DNA from: Pseudomonadota bacterium
GTDB taxonomy: Bacteria; Pseudomonadota; Alphaproteobacteria; Micavibrionales; UBA2020
Length of the DNA stretch: 64,000 nucleotides
Direction of reading: 5' to 3'
Assembly: GCA_021845905.1 (NCBI GenBank)
Contig: JAJZVA010000002.1
Span: 76,577-140,576 of the forward strand
This document shows, piece by piece, positions 40,730 through 50,155 of this stretch. The position numbers and the translations under genes were made by a program. Numbering within the stretch: position 1 is the stretch's first letter; the number at the start of each line of letters is the position of its first letter. Below the pieces are notes generated by a model that saw nothing but the letters and a program-made list of their open reading frames with translations, searched no databases and was not told the origin of the DNA.

Positions 40730-42093
40730 GAGGCGGCCTTCTTTTGCTCCTCCTTGTTGCCGGAGAGGAATTTCTCCAGCCAGTGGATGTTGTACTGGCC
40801 GGTGCGGAAATCCGGCTCCTGCAAAATGCGCAGATGGAGCGGGATGTTGGTGTTGATGCCCTCGATGACGGTTTCCTCGAGCGCGCGCTCCATGCGCATC
40901 ATCGCCTCCTCGCGGCTGGCGGCGTGGACGACGATCTTGGCGACGAGGCTGTCGTAGGTCGGCGGCACCGCGTAGCCGTCGTAAAGCGCGCTGTCGACCC
41001 GCACGCCGAGGCCGCCCGGCGCGTGGAAGCGGTGCACCTTGCCCGGCGAGGGGATGAAGGTTTCGGGGTGTTCGGCGTTGATGCGGCATTCGATCGAATG
41101 GCCGTTGAACTTGACGTCTTCCTGCCTGAACGAGAGTTTTTTGCCCGCCGCGACGAGGATCTGCTCCCTCACGAGGTCGATGCCGGTGACCATTTCCGTG
41201 ATGGGATGCTCGACCTGCAGGCGGGTGTTCATTTCAAGGAAGTAGAACTTGCCGTCCTCGAAGAGGAACTCCATCGTGCCGACGCCGAGATACTTCATCT
41301 TGCGCACGCAGGACGCGGCGAGCTCGCCGACTTCCTTGCGCTGCGCGGCGGTCAGCGCGGGCGAGGGGCATTCCTCGACGACCTTCTGGTGATTGCGCTG
41401 GATCGAGCAGTCGCGCTCGCCGAGGTGCACGGCGTTGCCGTACATGTCGCCGATCACCTGCACCTCGATGTGGCGCGGATGGGAGAGATATTTCTCGATG
41501 TAAACGTCGCCGTTGCCGAAGGCGGCCTTGGCTTCCGCCGAGGCCATGGAAAAGCAGGATTTGAACTCGCCCTCGCTGCGCGCCACCTTCATGCCCTTGC
41601 CGCCGCCGCCCGCGACCGCCTTGATGAGCACGGGGAAACCGCACTCTTTGGCGATTTTGAGGCCGTCGTCGGCATTTTTGACGATGCCGGGCGAACCCGG
41701 GATCAGCGGCAGGCCCAGCGCCTTCATGGTGTCCTTGGCGACGGCCTTGTCGCCCATCTTGGCGATATGCTCGGGCGCGGGGCCGATGAAGGTGTGGCCG
41801 TGCTCGCCGACCATGCGGCAGAACTCCTCGTTCTCGGCGAGAAAGCCGATGCCGGGGTGGATGGCGTCGGCGTTGGTCAGCGCCGCGGCGGAGAGAATGG
41901 CGGGAATGTTGAGATAGCTCAAGCGGCCCGGCGCGGGGCCGATGCAGACGCTTTCGTCCGCCATGCGCACGGCCATGCCATTGGCGTCGGCGGTGGAGTG
42001 GACGACGACCGTTTCGATGCCCATTTCCTTGCAGCAACGCACGATCCTGAGGGCGATTTCCCCGCGGTTGGCGATGAGTATTTTATTGAACAT
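40726..42093 (-). CDS. accC: acetyl-CoA carboxylase biotin carboxylase subunit
   Basis: 455 aa from ATG 42093; MFNKILIANRGEIALRI.., ..GGGGKGM.., ..EMNTRLQVEHPITE.. Confidence 0.96.
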   Translation of the reverse strand: MFNKILIANRGEIALRIVRCCKEMGIETVVVHSTADANGMAVRMADESVCIGPAPGRLSYLNIPAILSAAALTNADAIHPGIGFLAENEEFCRMVGEHGHTFIGPAPEHIAKMGDKAVAKDTMKALGLPLIPGSPGIVKNADDGLKIAKECGFPVLIKAVAGGGGKGMKVARSEGEFKSCFSMASAEAKAAFGNGDVYIEKYLSHPRHIEVQVIGDMYGNAVHLGERDCSIQRNHQKVVEECPSPALTAAQRKEVGELAASCVRKMKYLGVGTMEFLFEDGKFYFLEMNTRLQVEHPITEMVTGIDLVREQILVAAGKKLSFRQEDVKFNGHSIECRINAEHPETFIPSPGKVHRFHAPGGLGVRVDSALYDGYAVPPTYDSLVAKIVVHAASREEAMMRMERALEETVIEGINTNIPLHLRILQEPDFRTGQYNIHWLEKFLSGNKEEQKKAAS

Positions 42094-42200
42094 GATCTCT
42101 TCTCTCTTTCGCCGCCCTGCCGCCCTTGTTCCGGCATCCATCATGCTTCACATGCCAAGCCATGCCTGGACGCCGCAACCGACGCGGCGCGGCGGAATGT

Positions 42201-42692
42201 TTAAACGATAATCACCAAAGGCTGGCCGAACTCGACAGGCTGGCTGTCGTCGACGAGGATGTCCTGCACCGTGCCGCCTTTTTCCGCCTTGATCGGGTTC
42301 ATGACCTTCATCGCCTCGATGATCAGCAAAGTGTCTCCGGCCTGCACCGTCTGGCCCTTGGAGATGAAGGTGGCGGAGCCGGGCTCGGGCTGCAGATAAA
42401 CCGTGCCGACCATCGGCGACTTGACGGCGCCGGGATGGTTTTCATGGCTGACCGCAGCGGGTTCCGCGGCGGCGGGCGCGGCATTCGCCGCAGGCGCCGT
42501 TTGCGGCAGCGTGTTCGGCGCGGAGAAGACCTGCGCCGTCAGCGTGCGCGTCACCCGGATACGTTTGTCGCCCTCGGCGATCTCGATCTCCGTCAGGTCG
42601 GTTTCCGTCAGCAGCGTCGCGAGGTTGCGGATCGCTTCGTGGTCGATTTTCATGGGGGCCATTTTCGGTTTCCTCTCAGATTTTGTGGGCAT
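42201..42692 (-). CDS. accB: acetyl-CoA carboxylase biotin carboxyl carrier protein
   Basis: 163 aa from ATG 42692 (GGAGG 7 nt upstream; alt. ATG 42662); biotinyl-lysine motif IIEAMKVMN; Ala/Pro linker. Confidence 0.92.
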   Translation of the reverse strand: MPTKSERKPKMAPMKIDHEAIRNLATLLTETDLTEIEIAEGDKRIRVTRTLTAQVFSAPNTLPQTAPAANAAPAAAEPAAVSHENHPGAVKSPMVGTVYLQPEPGSATFISKGQTVQAGDTLLIIEAMKVMNPIKAEKGGTVQDILVDDSQPVEFGQPLVIIV

Positions 42693-42694
42693 TC

Positions 42695-43189
42695 TTATTC
42701 CTCCAGCAGGGCGCGCATCGCGTCGAGCGCGAGCAGGTAGCCGTGGCCGCCGAACCCGCAGATGACGCCTTGCGCCGTTTCCGCGATATAAGAGTGGTGG
42801 CGGTACGGCTCGCGCCTGTATGTGTTGGTGATGTGCACTTCTATAATCGGTACCTCCAGTATTCTCAAGGCGTCGGCCACCGCGATGGACGTATGCGCGT
42901 AGGCTCCGCCGTTGATGATCACGCCGGAACAGGTTCCGCGCGCCTCTTGTATGACCGTCACCATCTCGCCCTCGATATTGGTCTGGCGGAAGTCGATGGT
43001 GCAGCCAAGCTCGCTTGCGTATTCCTCGCACTCCAGCGCGATGGCGCTGAGATTTTTGAATCCATACACGTCCGGCTCGCGAACGCCAAGCATATTCAGG
43101 TTCGGGCCGTTGAGAATAAGAATGTTATGTCGTTGTTTTGTCAAACTGTTTCCATCGCTCGGAGAGGTTTGCAAGGACGGGTGGGGCAA
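42695..43189 (-). CDS. aroQ: type II 3-dehydroquinate dehydratase
   Basis: ..[19 protein letters not shown]..; ..[12 protein letters not shown]..; ..EVHITN...RE.YRHHS..; exact start uncertain. Confidence 0.9.
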   Translation of the reverse strand: MPHPSLQTSPSDGNSLTKQRHNILILNGPNLNMLGVREPDVYGFKNLSAIALECEEYASELGCTIDFRQTNIEGEMVTVIQEARGTCSGVIINGGAYAHTSIAVADALRILEVPIIEVHITNTYRREPYRHHSYIAETAQGVICGFGGHGYLLALDAMRALLEE

Positions 43190-43348
43190 ATATCTTTTCC
43201 AGAGTAGACACTTATACCATTTAGGGGGCTGTCAGGCGATGAAAAAGTATATTTACATAAATATTATAAATGACATATTGCCAATTCCCGGATTGTTGAA
43301 TATAAATACGCCATTATTCTGAAAAAATATTAGAAAAGGAGATTCGTC

Positions 43349-43834
43349 ATGGATTTCAAGGCTGAAAATTTTCCTCTCTATATCCTCTTGCTTCAAAACG
43401 GCACGCCGGAAGCGAAAAAACTGGCCGGATTCTTCGAACTGGCGCGGACGGGCGACGACCTCGACAGGTATGCCTTCGCGCAAGGCATGCAGGCGCTGGC
43501 GCAACTGGGCCGCATGCCCGACCAGACGGAAGAGCTGAACGGCAAAACGCTCGAAGCCTGCCTTGCCGTTTTCGAGGAGCAGGGCGTGCGCCACGCGCAG
43601 AGCGCTTTTATGGCGGGATACAACCGACTCCATGGCTTGGGATGCGCGCCCGACCCCGCCGCCGGAAAACGCTGGCTCGACAAGGCCGGGGAACTTTCAG
43701 CAGAGGGCCGCATGCGCAAGTCGCTGGAAGACTTCAACAGAGAGGTAAAGGCGATCCGCGTCATCGCCGATGAAAAACCCTTCAAAAGCAAACGCAAGCG
43801 CCGTTGGAACAATCCTTATTGGCCGCGGCCCTGA
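43349..43834 (+). CDS. hypothetical Sel1-like-repeat protein with KRKRR tail
   Basis: 161 aa; RBS aaaggag; ..HAQSAFMAGYNRLHGLGCAPDPAAGKRWLDKAGE.. fits the SLR pattern; tail ..KPFKSKRKRRWNNPYWPRP; AT-rich flanks. Confidence 0.6.
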   Translation: MDFKAENFPLYILLLQNGTPEAKKLAGFFELARTGDDLDRYAFAQGMQALAQLGRMPDQTEELNGKTLEACLAVFEEQGVRHAQSAFMAGYNRLHGLGCAPDPAAGKRWLDKAGELSAEGRMRKSLEDFNREVKAIRVIADEKPFKSKRKRRWNNPYWPRP

Positions 43835-43864
43835 GGCGAAGGGCGTTGCCGTTCCTTGGCGGCT

Positions 43865-44251
43865 TTAAACAGCCGGCGCGGGTTTTTTTGTCTTTTTCCT
43901 GCCCGGGATGTAATAGATATCCGGCACATGGCCATTATATGCCACCGCCATCGCCGCCCCAAAGAAAGCCGTAGGCAGGCCAAACGACAGGCCGAAAGCA
44001 GCTGCTCCGGCGAGGCTGCCGGTCAGCAGACCGACCAGCGCGAAGCCGCCGCCAACGACAACGCCCGACTCTATGCCGGTGACGGCGGCGGTGAACGCCA
44101 CGCGCAGAACATGTTTCGAGATGCGCTTTGCTGCGGTCAGGCCATTTTTAAGCACGCCGGCGGCGCAGTTGAAGGCGTGCCTGTTCGTTTGGGTGATATT
44201 ATTGCGGGTATTCGAATCATTCAGGAAAAACGCTTCATCGTGGAATTTCAT
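43865..44251 (-). CDS. hypothetical small membrane protein (Gly/Ala-rich TMs) with basic tail
   Basis: 128 aa; ..GVVVGGGFALVGLLTGSLAGAAAFGLSFGLPTAFFGAAMAVA..; tail ..GRKKTKKPAPAV. Confidence 0.45.
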   Translation of the reverse strand: MKFHDEAFFLNDSNTRNNITQTNRHAFNCAAGVLKNGLTAAKRISKHVLRVAFTAAVTGIESGVVVGGGFALVGLLTGSLAGAAAFGLSFGLPTAFFGAAMAVAYNGHVPDIYYIPGRKKTKKPAPAV

Positions 44252-44374
44252 ATGGATTTGCCTTTCAAATTTTGAGGTTTTTTAAATTTCAAGTTTCACA
44301 GACCCTAGTAAAGCCAAAAAATATAGGCAAATTATTTTATAGGGAAGTTCAAAAAAACTGGAGGCCCGCGCTTT

Positions 44375-44929
44375 TCAAGCCAGGGCGCGGCATTTTTCGA
44401 GGACAAAGTCCGTTCGCGCCGCAATAGGCATCACCGGCACGCGCACCGGATCATACCCGACGGCGCGATAGTCTTCTTCGAGCATTTTGTCGATTTTTTC
44501 CGCCAGCGCGGCGTCTTCGGTACGTACGTCGTCTTTGACGACCGGCAGACGGTCGAAGATGAAAACCGCCCTGTAGCGGAACAGCCGCGCCGCGGCCAGC
44601 GCATCCGCGGGATGGGCATGTCCCGCGAGGCGGAGATAGGTGATGCTGTCGGGCAGTCCGCGGTCGAGAAACACCAGGGCGCCGGGATCGAGTTCTTCCT
44701 CGCGCGCCACGGAGACGGAGAGGATGTCGTGTTGCAGCCGCGACGGATGATTGCGGATCTGCGCCAGGCTGCGCCCGTCCTGCAGGGCTTCCTCGATCAG
44801 CTCCCGCGCCACTTCGTTTTCCACCGCAAAGCCGCGCTTTTTCAGGGCCTCGATGACGGAGGTCTTGCCCGACGACGGCGCGCCGGTGATGGCGCACCAG
44901 TTGGTATCGTGTTGAAATTCTCCGGACAC
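44375..44929 (-). CDS. P-loop ATPase/kinase (AAA_28 / NadR-C-terminal-like)
   Basis: 184 aa; Walker A ITGAPSSGKTS; ..VFLDRGLPDS.. Walker B-like. Confidence 0.65.
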   Translation of the reverse strand: MSGEFQHDTNWCAITGAPSSGKTSVIEALKKRGFAVENEVARELIEEALQDGRSLAQIRNHPSRLQHDILSVSVAREEELDPGALVFLDRGLPDSITYLRLAGHAHPADALAAARLFRYRAVFIFDRLPVVKDDVRTEDAALAEKIDKMLEEDYRAVGYDPVRVPVMPIAARTDFVLEKCRALA

Positions 44930-44933
44930 GGCT

Positions 44934-45341
44934 TTAAACCCCGCCCATCTTGCAAAGGATGTCCCACTCCTCTTTCGTCACCGGCGAAACGGAGAGGCGC
45001 GACTGGCGGATCAGCGCCATGTCCTGCAATTCCGGGCGCGCCTTGATTTGCAGCAGCGTGACGGGCTTTTTGAAAGGCTTCAGCGGGGCGACGGCGACCA
45101 TGCCGAAGGCGCCGGTCGCGTCGGTCGGGTCGGGGTGGTATTCCTTGACGACCTCCATCACGCCGACGATCTCGCGCCCGTCGTTGGAGTGGTAAAAGAA
45201 GGCGCGGTCGCCTTTTTTCATCGCCCGCATGTTGTTGCGCGCCTGATAGTTGCGCACGCCCGTCCAGCCGGATTTCCTGTCCCTGACGAACTGCTCCCAG
45301 GAATAGGCGGCGGGTTCCGATTTCATCAGCCAGTATTGCAT
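44934..45341 (-). CDS. EVE (PUA-like) domain protein
   Basis: 135 aa from ATG 45341; MQYWLMKSEPAAYSWEQF.., ..GVRNYQARNNMRAMKKGDRAFFYHS..; start overlaps gpsA stop. Confidence 0.85.
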   Translation of the reverse strand: MQYWLMKSEPAAYSWEQFVRDRKSGWTGVRNYQARNNMRAMKKGDRAFFYHSNDGREIVGVMEVVKEYHPDPTDATGAFGMVAVAPLKPFKKPVTLLQIKARPELQDMALIRQSRLSVSPVTKEEWDILCKMGGV

Positions 45342-46390
45342 CAGATGTTTTCCTCCTTGAGGTCGCGTTCCATCAGGCCGGCGATCACCCGATCGATGTC
45401 GGCGTTCTGATGGAGAATCCCGTCCACGGCGGCGCAAATCGGCATTTCGACGCCGAATGTCCGCGCGTTGACGGCGATCGCCCGCGCGGTGGCGACGCCT
45501 TCCGCGACGGAGCGCCGCGCCGCCAGCACGTTGGCGAGCTTTTGCCCCCGTCCGAGCGCCAGCCCCAGAGAGAAATTGCGCGATGCCGTGGCGTTGCAGG
45601 TGAGCGCAAGGTCGCCTATCCCTGAGAGGCCGAGAAAGGTTTCCGCATCCGCGCCCCGCTTCAGGCCGAGGCGCTTCATTTCGGCGATGCCGCGCGTCAT
45701 CACGGCGGCGCGGGCGTTGAGGCCGAGGTTTTTCCCTTCGACGATGCCGCAGGCGATGGCGATGACGTTCTTGACCGCGCCCGCGATCTCCGCGCCCGTC
45801 ACGTCACTTGAAAGATAAAGACGGAATGTTTTAGTGGAGAGAGTCCGCGCGGCGCGCGCCGCCTCTTCGGGCGCGGCGCGGGTGGCGAAAGTGACGGCGG
45901 CGGGCAGGCCTTGCGCCACTTCCGCCGCGAAGGTCGGGCCGGAGAGCACGGCATAGGGCTGTCCCGGCAATGTTTCCGCCGCGGCTTCGAAGAGCAGTTT
46001 GCCGTTTTCGATCTCGATGCCCTTGGCGCAGTTGACGACCAGCGCGGCGGGAGAAAGATGCGGCTTCAGCGCGCGCATGGCGGTGCGGGCGAATTGCGTC
46101 GGCGTGGCGAGCAGGACGATGTCAGCGTCTTGCGCCGCGGCGGCGAGGTCCGCCGTCGCCGCGACCGCGGGGCTGAGCGCGATGCCGGGAAGGTAGGTTT
46201 TGTTTTCGCGCGCGCCGTTGATCTCCGCGGCCAGCGCCGCCTCGCGCGCGCAGAGCGCGACGGCGCGGCCTTCTTTCGCCAGCGCTTGCGCGAGGGCGGT
46301 GCCCCAGGCGCCCGCGCCTAAGACCATTATTTTGCCCGCGCCTAAGACCATTATTTTGCCCGCGCCGGGGGCTGCCGTTTTTGCCGTCAT
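45341..46390 (-). CDS. gpsA: NAD(P)H-dependent glycerol-3-phosphate dehydrogenase
   Basis: ..VLGAGAWGTALAQALA.., ..NKTYLPG.., ..GLSGIGDLALTC..; N-terminus carries a duplicated GAGKIMVL octapeptide, so the true start may be an internal Met. Confidence 0.92.
   Translation of the reverse strand: MTAKTAAPGAGKIMVLGAGKIMVLGAGAWGTALAQALAKEGRAVALCAREAALAAEINGARENKTYLPGIALSPAVAATADLAAAAQDADIVLLATPTQFARTAMRALKPHLSPAALVVNCAKGIEIENGKLLFEAAAETLPGQPYAVLSGPTFAAEVAQGLPAAVTFATRAAPEEAARAARTLSTKTFRLYLSSDVTGAEIAGAVKNVIAIACGIVEGKNLGLNARAAVMTRGIAEMKRLGLKRGADAETFLGLSGIGDLALTCNATASRNFSLGLALGRGQKLANVLAARRSVAEGVATARAIAVNARTFGVEMPICAAVDGILHQNADIDRVIAGLMERDLKEENI
46311..46366. repeat. perfect 24-bp tandem duplication (cccgcgcctaagaccattattttg x2 plus 8-bp partial) in the gpsA 5' end
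   Basis: Copies 46311-46334 and 46335-46358; encodes GAGKIMVL-GAGKIMVL-GAGAWG. Confidence 0.95.
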
Positions 46391-47277
46391 ATCTTGTTCA
46401 CGGGGATGATGAGCGCGTCGCCGACGTCTCCCGCGCGGAGGTTGACTTGCAACGACGGGAGAAGAAGCTCGGGCACCGGCTTGCCGCGGTCGGCTTCCTT
46501 GCGCCGCGCGATGAAATCCGCCATGGAGATGGCGGCGGCGGCGCGGATGTTGCCTTGTTTTTGCTCCGCCACCGTCGCCATGCAGCAGGGGTCGCGCGTG
46601 GCGGGCGGGTAATCGTGGCCGACGTACATGCGCGTCGCGTCCGGCAGGGCGATCAACTTGCGCGTCGAGGCGTAGGAATCCGCCGCGCTGCCGCCGGGAA
46701 AATCGCAGCGCCCCGCGCCGACGTCGGGCAGGAACATCGCGTCGCCGACGAATGCCGCGTTGTTCATGATATAGCTCGTGTCGGCGGGCGTATGGCCCGG
46801 CGTGTGGATGATGCGCGCGGCGAGAGCGCCGATGCCGAAAGTTTCATCGTCTTCGAACAGGTGGTCGAATTGCGATCCGTCCATGGGAAAGGCGTTGTCC
46901 GGCGTCGCGCCTGCGTTGCCGAAAACCGGCTCCCATGTTTTCAGGACGTCGAGGATATGGCGGCTGATCGCGGTCCTGCCGCCGGTCTTGCTTTTGATGT
47001 AGCGCGCGGCGGTGAGATGGTCGGCGTGGATGTGGGTTTCGAGGATCCATTCCACCCGCAGGTCTCTGCCCGCGATGAAATGGAGCACCCTGTCGGCGGA
47101 CGCCGTCGACGTCCGCCCCGCCGCGGCGTCGTAGTCAAGGACGCTGTCGATGACGGCGCAGTTTTTATCGCCCGCGCCCCACACGACATATGTCCACGTC
47201 GCGGTCGCGGGGTCGAAAAAGCCCCGCACCTCGGGAAAGGTTCCGTCCGAGCGCCGCACAGCGGGATCTTCCGTCAT
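46387..47277 (-). CDS. MBL-fold metallo-hydrolase (persulfide-dioxygenase/Blh-like)
   Basis: 296 aa from ATG 47277; HIHADH metal motif, ..HTPGHTP.., ..VGHDY..; ATGA overlaps on both sides. Confidence 0.8.
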   Translation of the reverse strand: MTEDPAVRRSDGTFPEVRGFFDPATATWTYVVWGAGDKNCAVIDSVLDYDAAAGRTSTASADRVLHFIAGRDLRVEWILETHIHADHLTAARYIKSKTGGRTAISRHILDVLKTWEPVFGNAGATPDNAFPMDGSQFDHLFEDDETFGIGALAARIIHTPGHTPADTSYIMNNAAFVGDAMFLPDVGAGRCDFPGGSAADSYASTRKLIALPDATRMYVGHDYPPATRDPCCMATVAEQKQGNIRAAAAISMADFIARRKEADRGKPVPELLLPSLQVNLRAGDVGDALIIPVNKI

Positions 47278-47927
47278 GCGCAGCCGCCCGCGGCGGAATT
47301 GTCCGGCGTTTGCGGCAGGCCGCTCTTGTCCCCGCCGGTATCGCAGGTATTGGCGGCGGCGCAGCAGCTGGCCGTCATGCCCTTGTTCCACGGCATTTTA
47401 ATGAGCACGAGCGCCATGCCGCAGCGGTCGGTGATGCCCGCGTACATGAGGCCGAGGCCGATGAAGAACGGCACGAGATAAAAGGCGGGCGCGGCATAAA
47501 AGCCAAGCAGCGTGCCGAGCGCGGAAAGCGCGCCGGCGACGATGCGCACCTGCCGCTCCAGCGGGATGAACCGCGGCGCGGCGCCGCCTTGCGCAACGGC
47601 GCTTGTCACCTCGACGCCCGCGGCGGCGGCAGCGAGAATGCCGCCCTCGATGACCGCGGCGTTGCCGTATCCGGCGGCGGCGAATTTTTCCGCCGCGGTT
47701 TTCGCGCGCATGCCGCTGCGGCAGAGGATATAGACCGGCGCGTCCTTGTCGAGCCCGCGCTTCAGCATGAAATCCGCCGGGTCGAGCGCGTCGAGCGGCA
47801 AAAGCGCGTGTTTGGCGACAAGGCTTTGCTGGGCGTGCTCGCCGGGCGTGCGCACGTCGAGGATGGTGGCGCCGGCGGCGGCGAGGCGCGGGATGTCGGC
47901 GGCGGGGACGGTTGCGATTTTAGCCAT
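47274..47927 (-). CDS. rhodanese-domain protein fused to DUF2892-like membrane domain (YgaP-like)
   Basis: 217 aa; active-site loop ILCRSGMRA; C-terminal two TM with ..GITDRCGMA.. Confidence 0.8.
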   Translation of the reverse strand: MAKIATVPAADIPRLAAAGATILDVRTPGEHAQQSLVAKHALLPLDALDPADFMLKRGLDKDAPVYILCRSGMRAKTAAEKFAAAGYGNAAVIEGGILAAAAAGVEVTSAVAQGGAAPRFIPLERQVRIVAGALSALGTLLGFYAAPAFYLVPFFIGLGLMYAGITDRCGMALVLIKMPWNKGMTASCCAAANTCDTGGDKSGLPQTPDNSAAGGCA

Positions 47928-48993
47928 GGGATGTTCCTTTCAATGGGTGCGGTTTCAGTTCTTCAAGCGGCCAGCGAGGGCGGACGGCAAAGTCGAGCGT
48001 GTCGGTCATGCCGCGGACGAGGCGCTCCATTCCCGCCCAGGCGATCATCGCGGCGTTGTCGGTGCAAAGCTTCGGCGGCGGCGCGACAAAGCGCATATTA
48101 TATTGTTTCGCCAAAGCTTCAAGAGCCTGCCGCAGCGCTGTGTTGGCGGCGACGCCTCCCGCCACGACCAGCGCCGGCGACGGCGGCTTCAGCGCGAGAT
48201 ATTGCTTTATGGCGCGTTCCGTCCTGTCGGCCATGATCAGCCCGACCGCATGCTGGAAAGAATGGCAAATGGCGGCGGCGGCGTCCGGCGCGATCGCGCC
48301 CGCGGGCAGGGCGTCGACCGTTTGCCGCACCGCCGTCTTGAGGCCGGAAAAGGAGAAATCGCAGCCCGGCTTGCCGACCATCGGCGCGGGCAGAGGGTAT
48401 TTTTCCAAAGCGGCGGCGGGGTCTTTGCACGCGCGCGCCATTTTCTCGACCGCCGGGCCTCCGGGATAGCCGAGGCCGAGCAGCTTCGCCGTCTTGTCGA
48501 AACATTCGCCCGCCGCATCGTCGCGCGTCGTGCCGAGACAGTGATAGCGCCCGACTTCCTCGACGATCAGCAGCTGGCAGTGCCCGCCCGAGACGAGCAG
48601 CAGGAGATAGGGAAACGCCACGTCTTCCACCAGCCGCACGGTGAGCGCGTGGCCTTCGAGATGGTTGACGGCGATGACGGGAATGCCGCGCACCGCGGCG
48701 ATGGCCTTGGCCGTCATCGCGCCGACCATCACGCCGCCGATCAGCCCCGGCCCCGCCGTCGCCGCGACGGCGTCGATATCGTCGAGCGTGAGCTTCGCCC
48801 CGGCGAGGGCTTCTTTGATCAGCGCGTCGATGTGGTTGAGGTGCGCGCGCGCCGCGATCTCCGGCACCACGCCGCCGAAGGCCGCGTGCTCCTGCTGGCT
48901 CAGGACGACGTTGGCGAGGATCCGCCCGTCCTCCGTCACGATGGCGGCGGCTGTTTCATCGCAGCTGGTTTCTATGCCGAGAAGCGTCTTCAT
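47920..48993 (-). CDS. tsaD: tRNA N6-adenosine threonylcarbamoyltransferase
   Basis: 357 aa from ATG 48993; [19 protein letters not shown].., ..AVNHLEGH.., ..VSGGHCQL.. Confidence 0.95.
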   Translation of the reverse strand: MKTLLGIETSCDETAAAIVTEDGRILANVVLSQQEHAAFGGVVPEIAARAHLNHIDALIKEALAGAKLTLDDIDAVAATAGPGLIGGVMVGAMTAKAIAAVRGIPVIAVNHLEGHALTVRLVEDVAFPYLLLLVSGGHCQLLIVEEVGRYHCLGTTRDDAAGECFDKTAKLLGLGYPGGPAVEKMARACKDPAAALEKYPLPAPMVGKPGCDFSFSGLKTAVRQTVDALPAGAIAPDAAAAICHSFQHAVGLIMADRTERAIKQYLALKPPSPALVVAGGVAANTALRQALEALAKQYNMRFVAPPPKLCTDNAAMIAWAGMERLVRGMTDTLDFAVRPRWPLEELKPHPLKGTSHG

Positions 48994-49076
48994 CTTTCCA
49001 TCATAGCACAAAAGGAACGGCCCGTCACAGCGTGCAAGGCGTGGCGGGCCGTCATGTCCTTGAAGGCCGCGGCTTG

Positions 49077-49934
49077 TTACGGTTGCGGCGGCTGTTGCGG
49101 TTTTTGGGTCGCGTTGGCGGCGCGGACGGCGGCCTGCATGTCGCTGATCGGGTCCTTGTCCGCCGTCGTGGTGACGATGACGTTGCCGCTCTTGGCGACG
49201 TCGCGCAGCGTGTCGAGCTCCATCATCTTGATGAGAATCTTCTCCGCCGTTTCCTGCGGCATGCCCGCCTGCACCAGCGCGTTGAACTGTCTGGTGAGGT
49301 TTTGGAACATGGCGGCGCGCTGTTCGGCGACGCCTTCGCCGTCGAGGCGCAAGGCCTCTTTGCGCGCCTCGGCGTCCATGATCGCCGCCTGCTTGTTGGC
49401 CTTGGCGGCGTTCATCGTCGCCTTGGCGGTCTGCTCGCTGGCCTTGGCGCTGTTGTATTGCCTTTGCACCTCTTCGGGCACGACCGGCTGGTCGATGATC
49501 ACGTCGATGATCTTGAGTCCGTATTTTTCCTCAAGCTCCGCGCCGACTTTTTCGCGCACGGCGTCGCCGAGCGTCTCGCGCGCCTGGTAGACATGGTCGA
49601 GCTCCATGTCGTTGGTGAGCTGCTTCATGGCGGCGGTGATCTTGTTGCCGGCCTGCCGGTAGGGATTGTCCGAATTGTAATGGAACTGCCTCGGGTTGCA
49701 GACTTGCAGGTGCAGCACGGTCGGCACCTTGACGAACATGTTGTCCTTGGTCTTGGTTTCGAGCGGGATTTCATGCTCGGTGATCTTGAGATCGATGCGC
49801 GCGGCGACTTTGAGAAACTGGCCGGGCAGGATGAACTTCAGGCCGGGCTTGTCCTTGACGGTGTTGAATTTGCCGAAGCGTTCGAGAATGACGGCTTCGT
49901 TTTGCCTGACTTCATAGGGGCGGAAAAGTGCCAT
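49077..49934 (-). CDS. SPFH/band-7 domain protein
   Basis: 285 aa from ATG 49934 (RBS aggag); ..[15 protein letters not shown]..; Ala/Gln-rich coiled-coil C-half. Confidence 0.8.
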   Translation of the reverse strand: MALFRPYEVRQNEAVILERFGKFNTVKDKPGLKFILPGQFLKVAARIDLKITEHEIPLETKTKDNMFVKVPTVLHLQVCNPRQFHYNSDNPYRQAGNKITAAMKQLTNDMELDHVYQARETLGDAVREKVGAELEEKYGLKIIDVIIDQPVVPEEVQRQYNSAKASEQTAKATMNAAKANKQAAIMDAEARKEALRLDGEGVAEQRAAMFQNLTRQFNALVQAGMPQETAEKILIKMMELDTLRDVAKSGNVIVTTTADKDPISDMQAAVRAANATQKPQQPPQP

Positions 49935-50155
49935 GGTGTAATCTCCTGTTTGAATAATGCTGTGTTTTGTAAACTCTCTTTCTCTGGCATACTGCCGATT
50001 GCGATTTTCCGTCAATTAAAACAGCAAAAAATCGACATATATTTTCCGCAAGATAAATCCATAAAAATATATAGGCATAATAATATTAAGAAATGATCCG
50101 CGCGCCGCATTTTTTGTATCACCGCGCCGCGCAAAGCGAGGTATGACTATATGTC

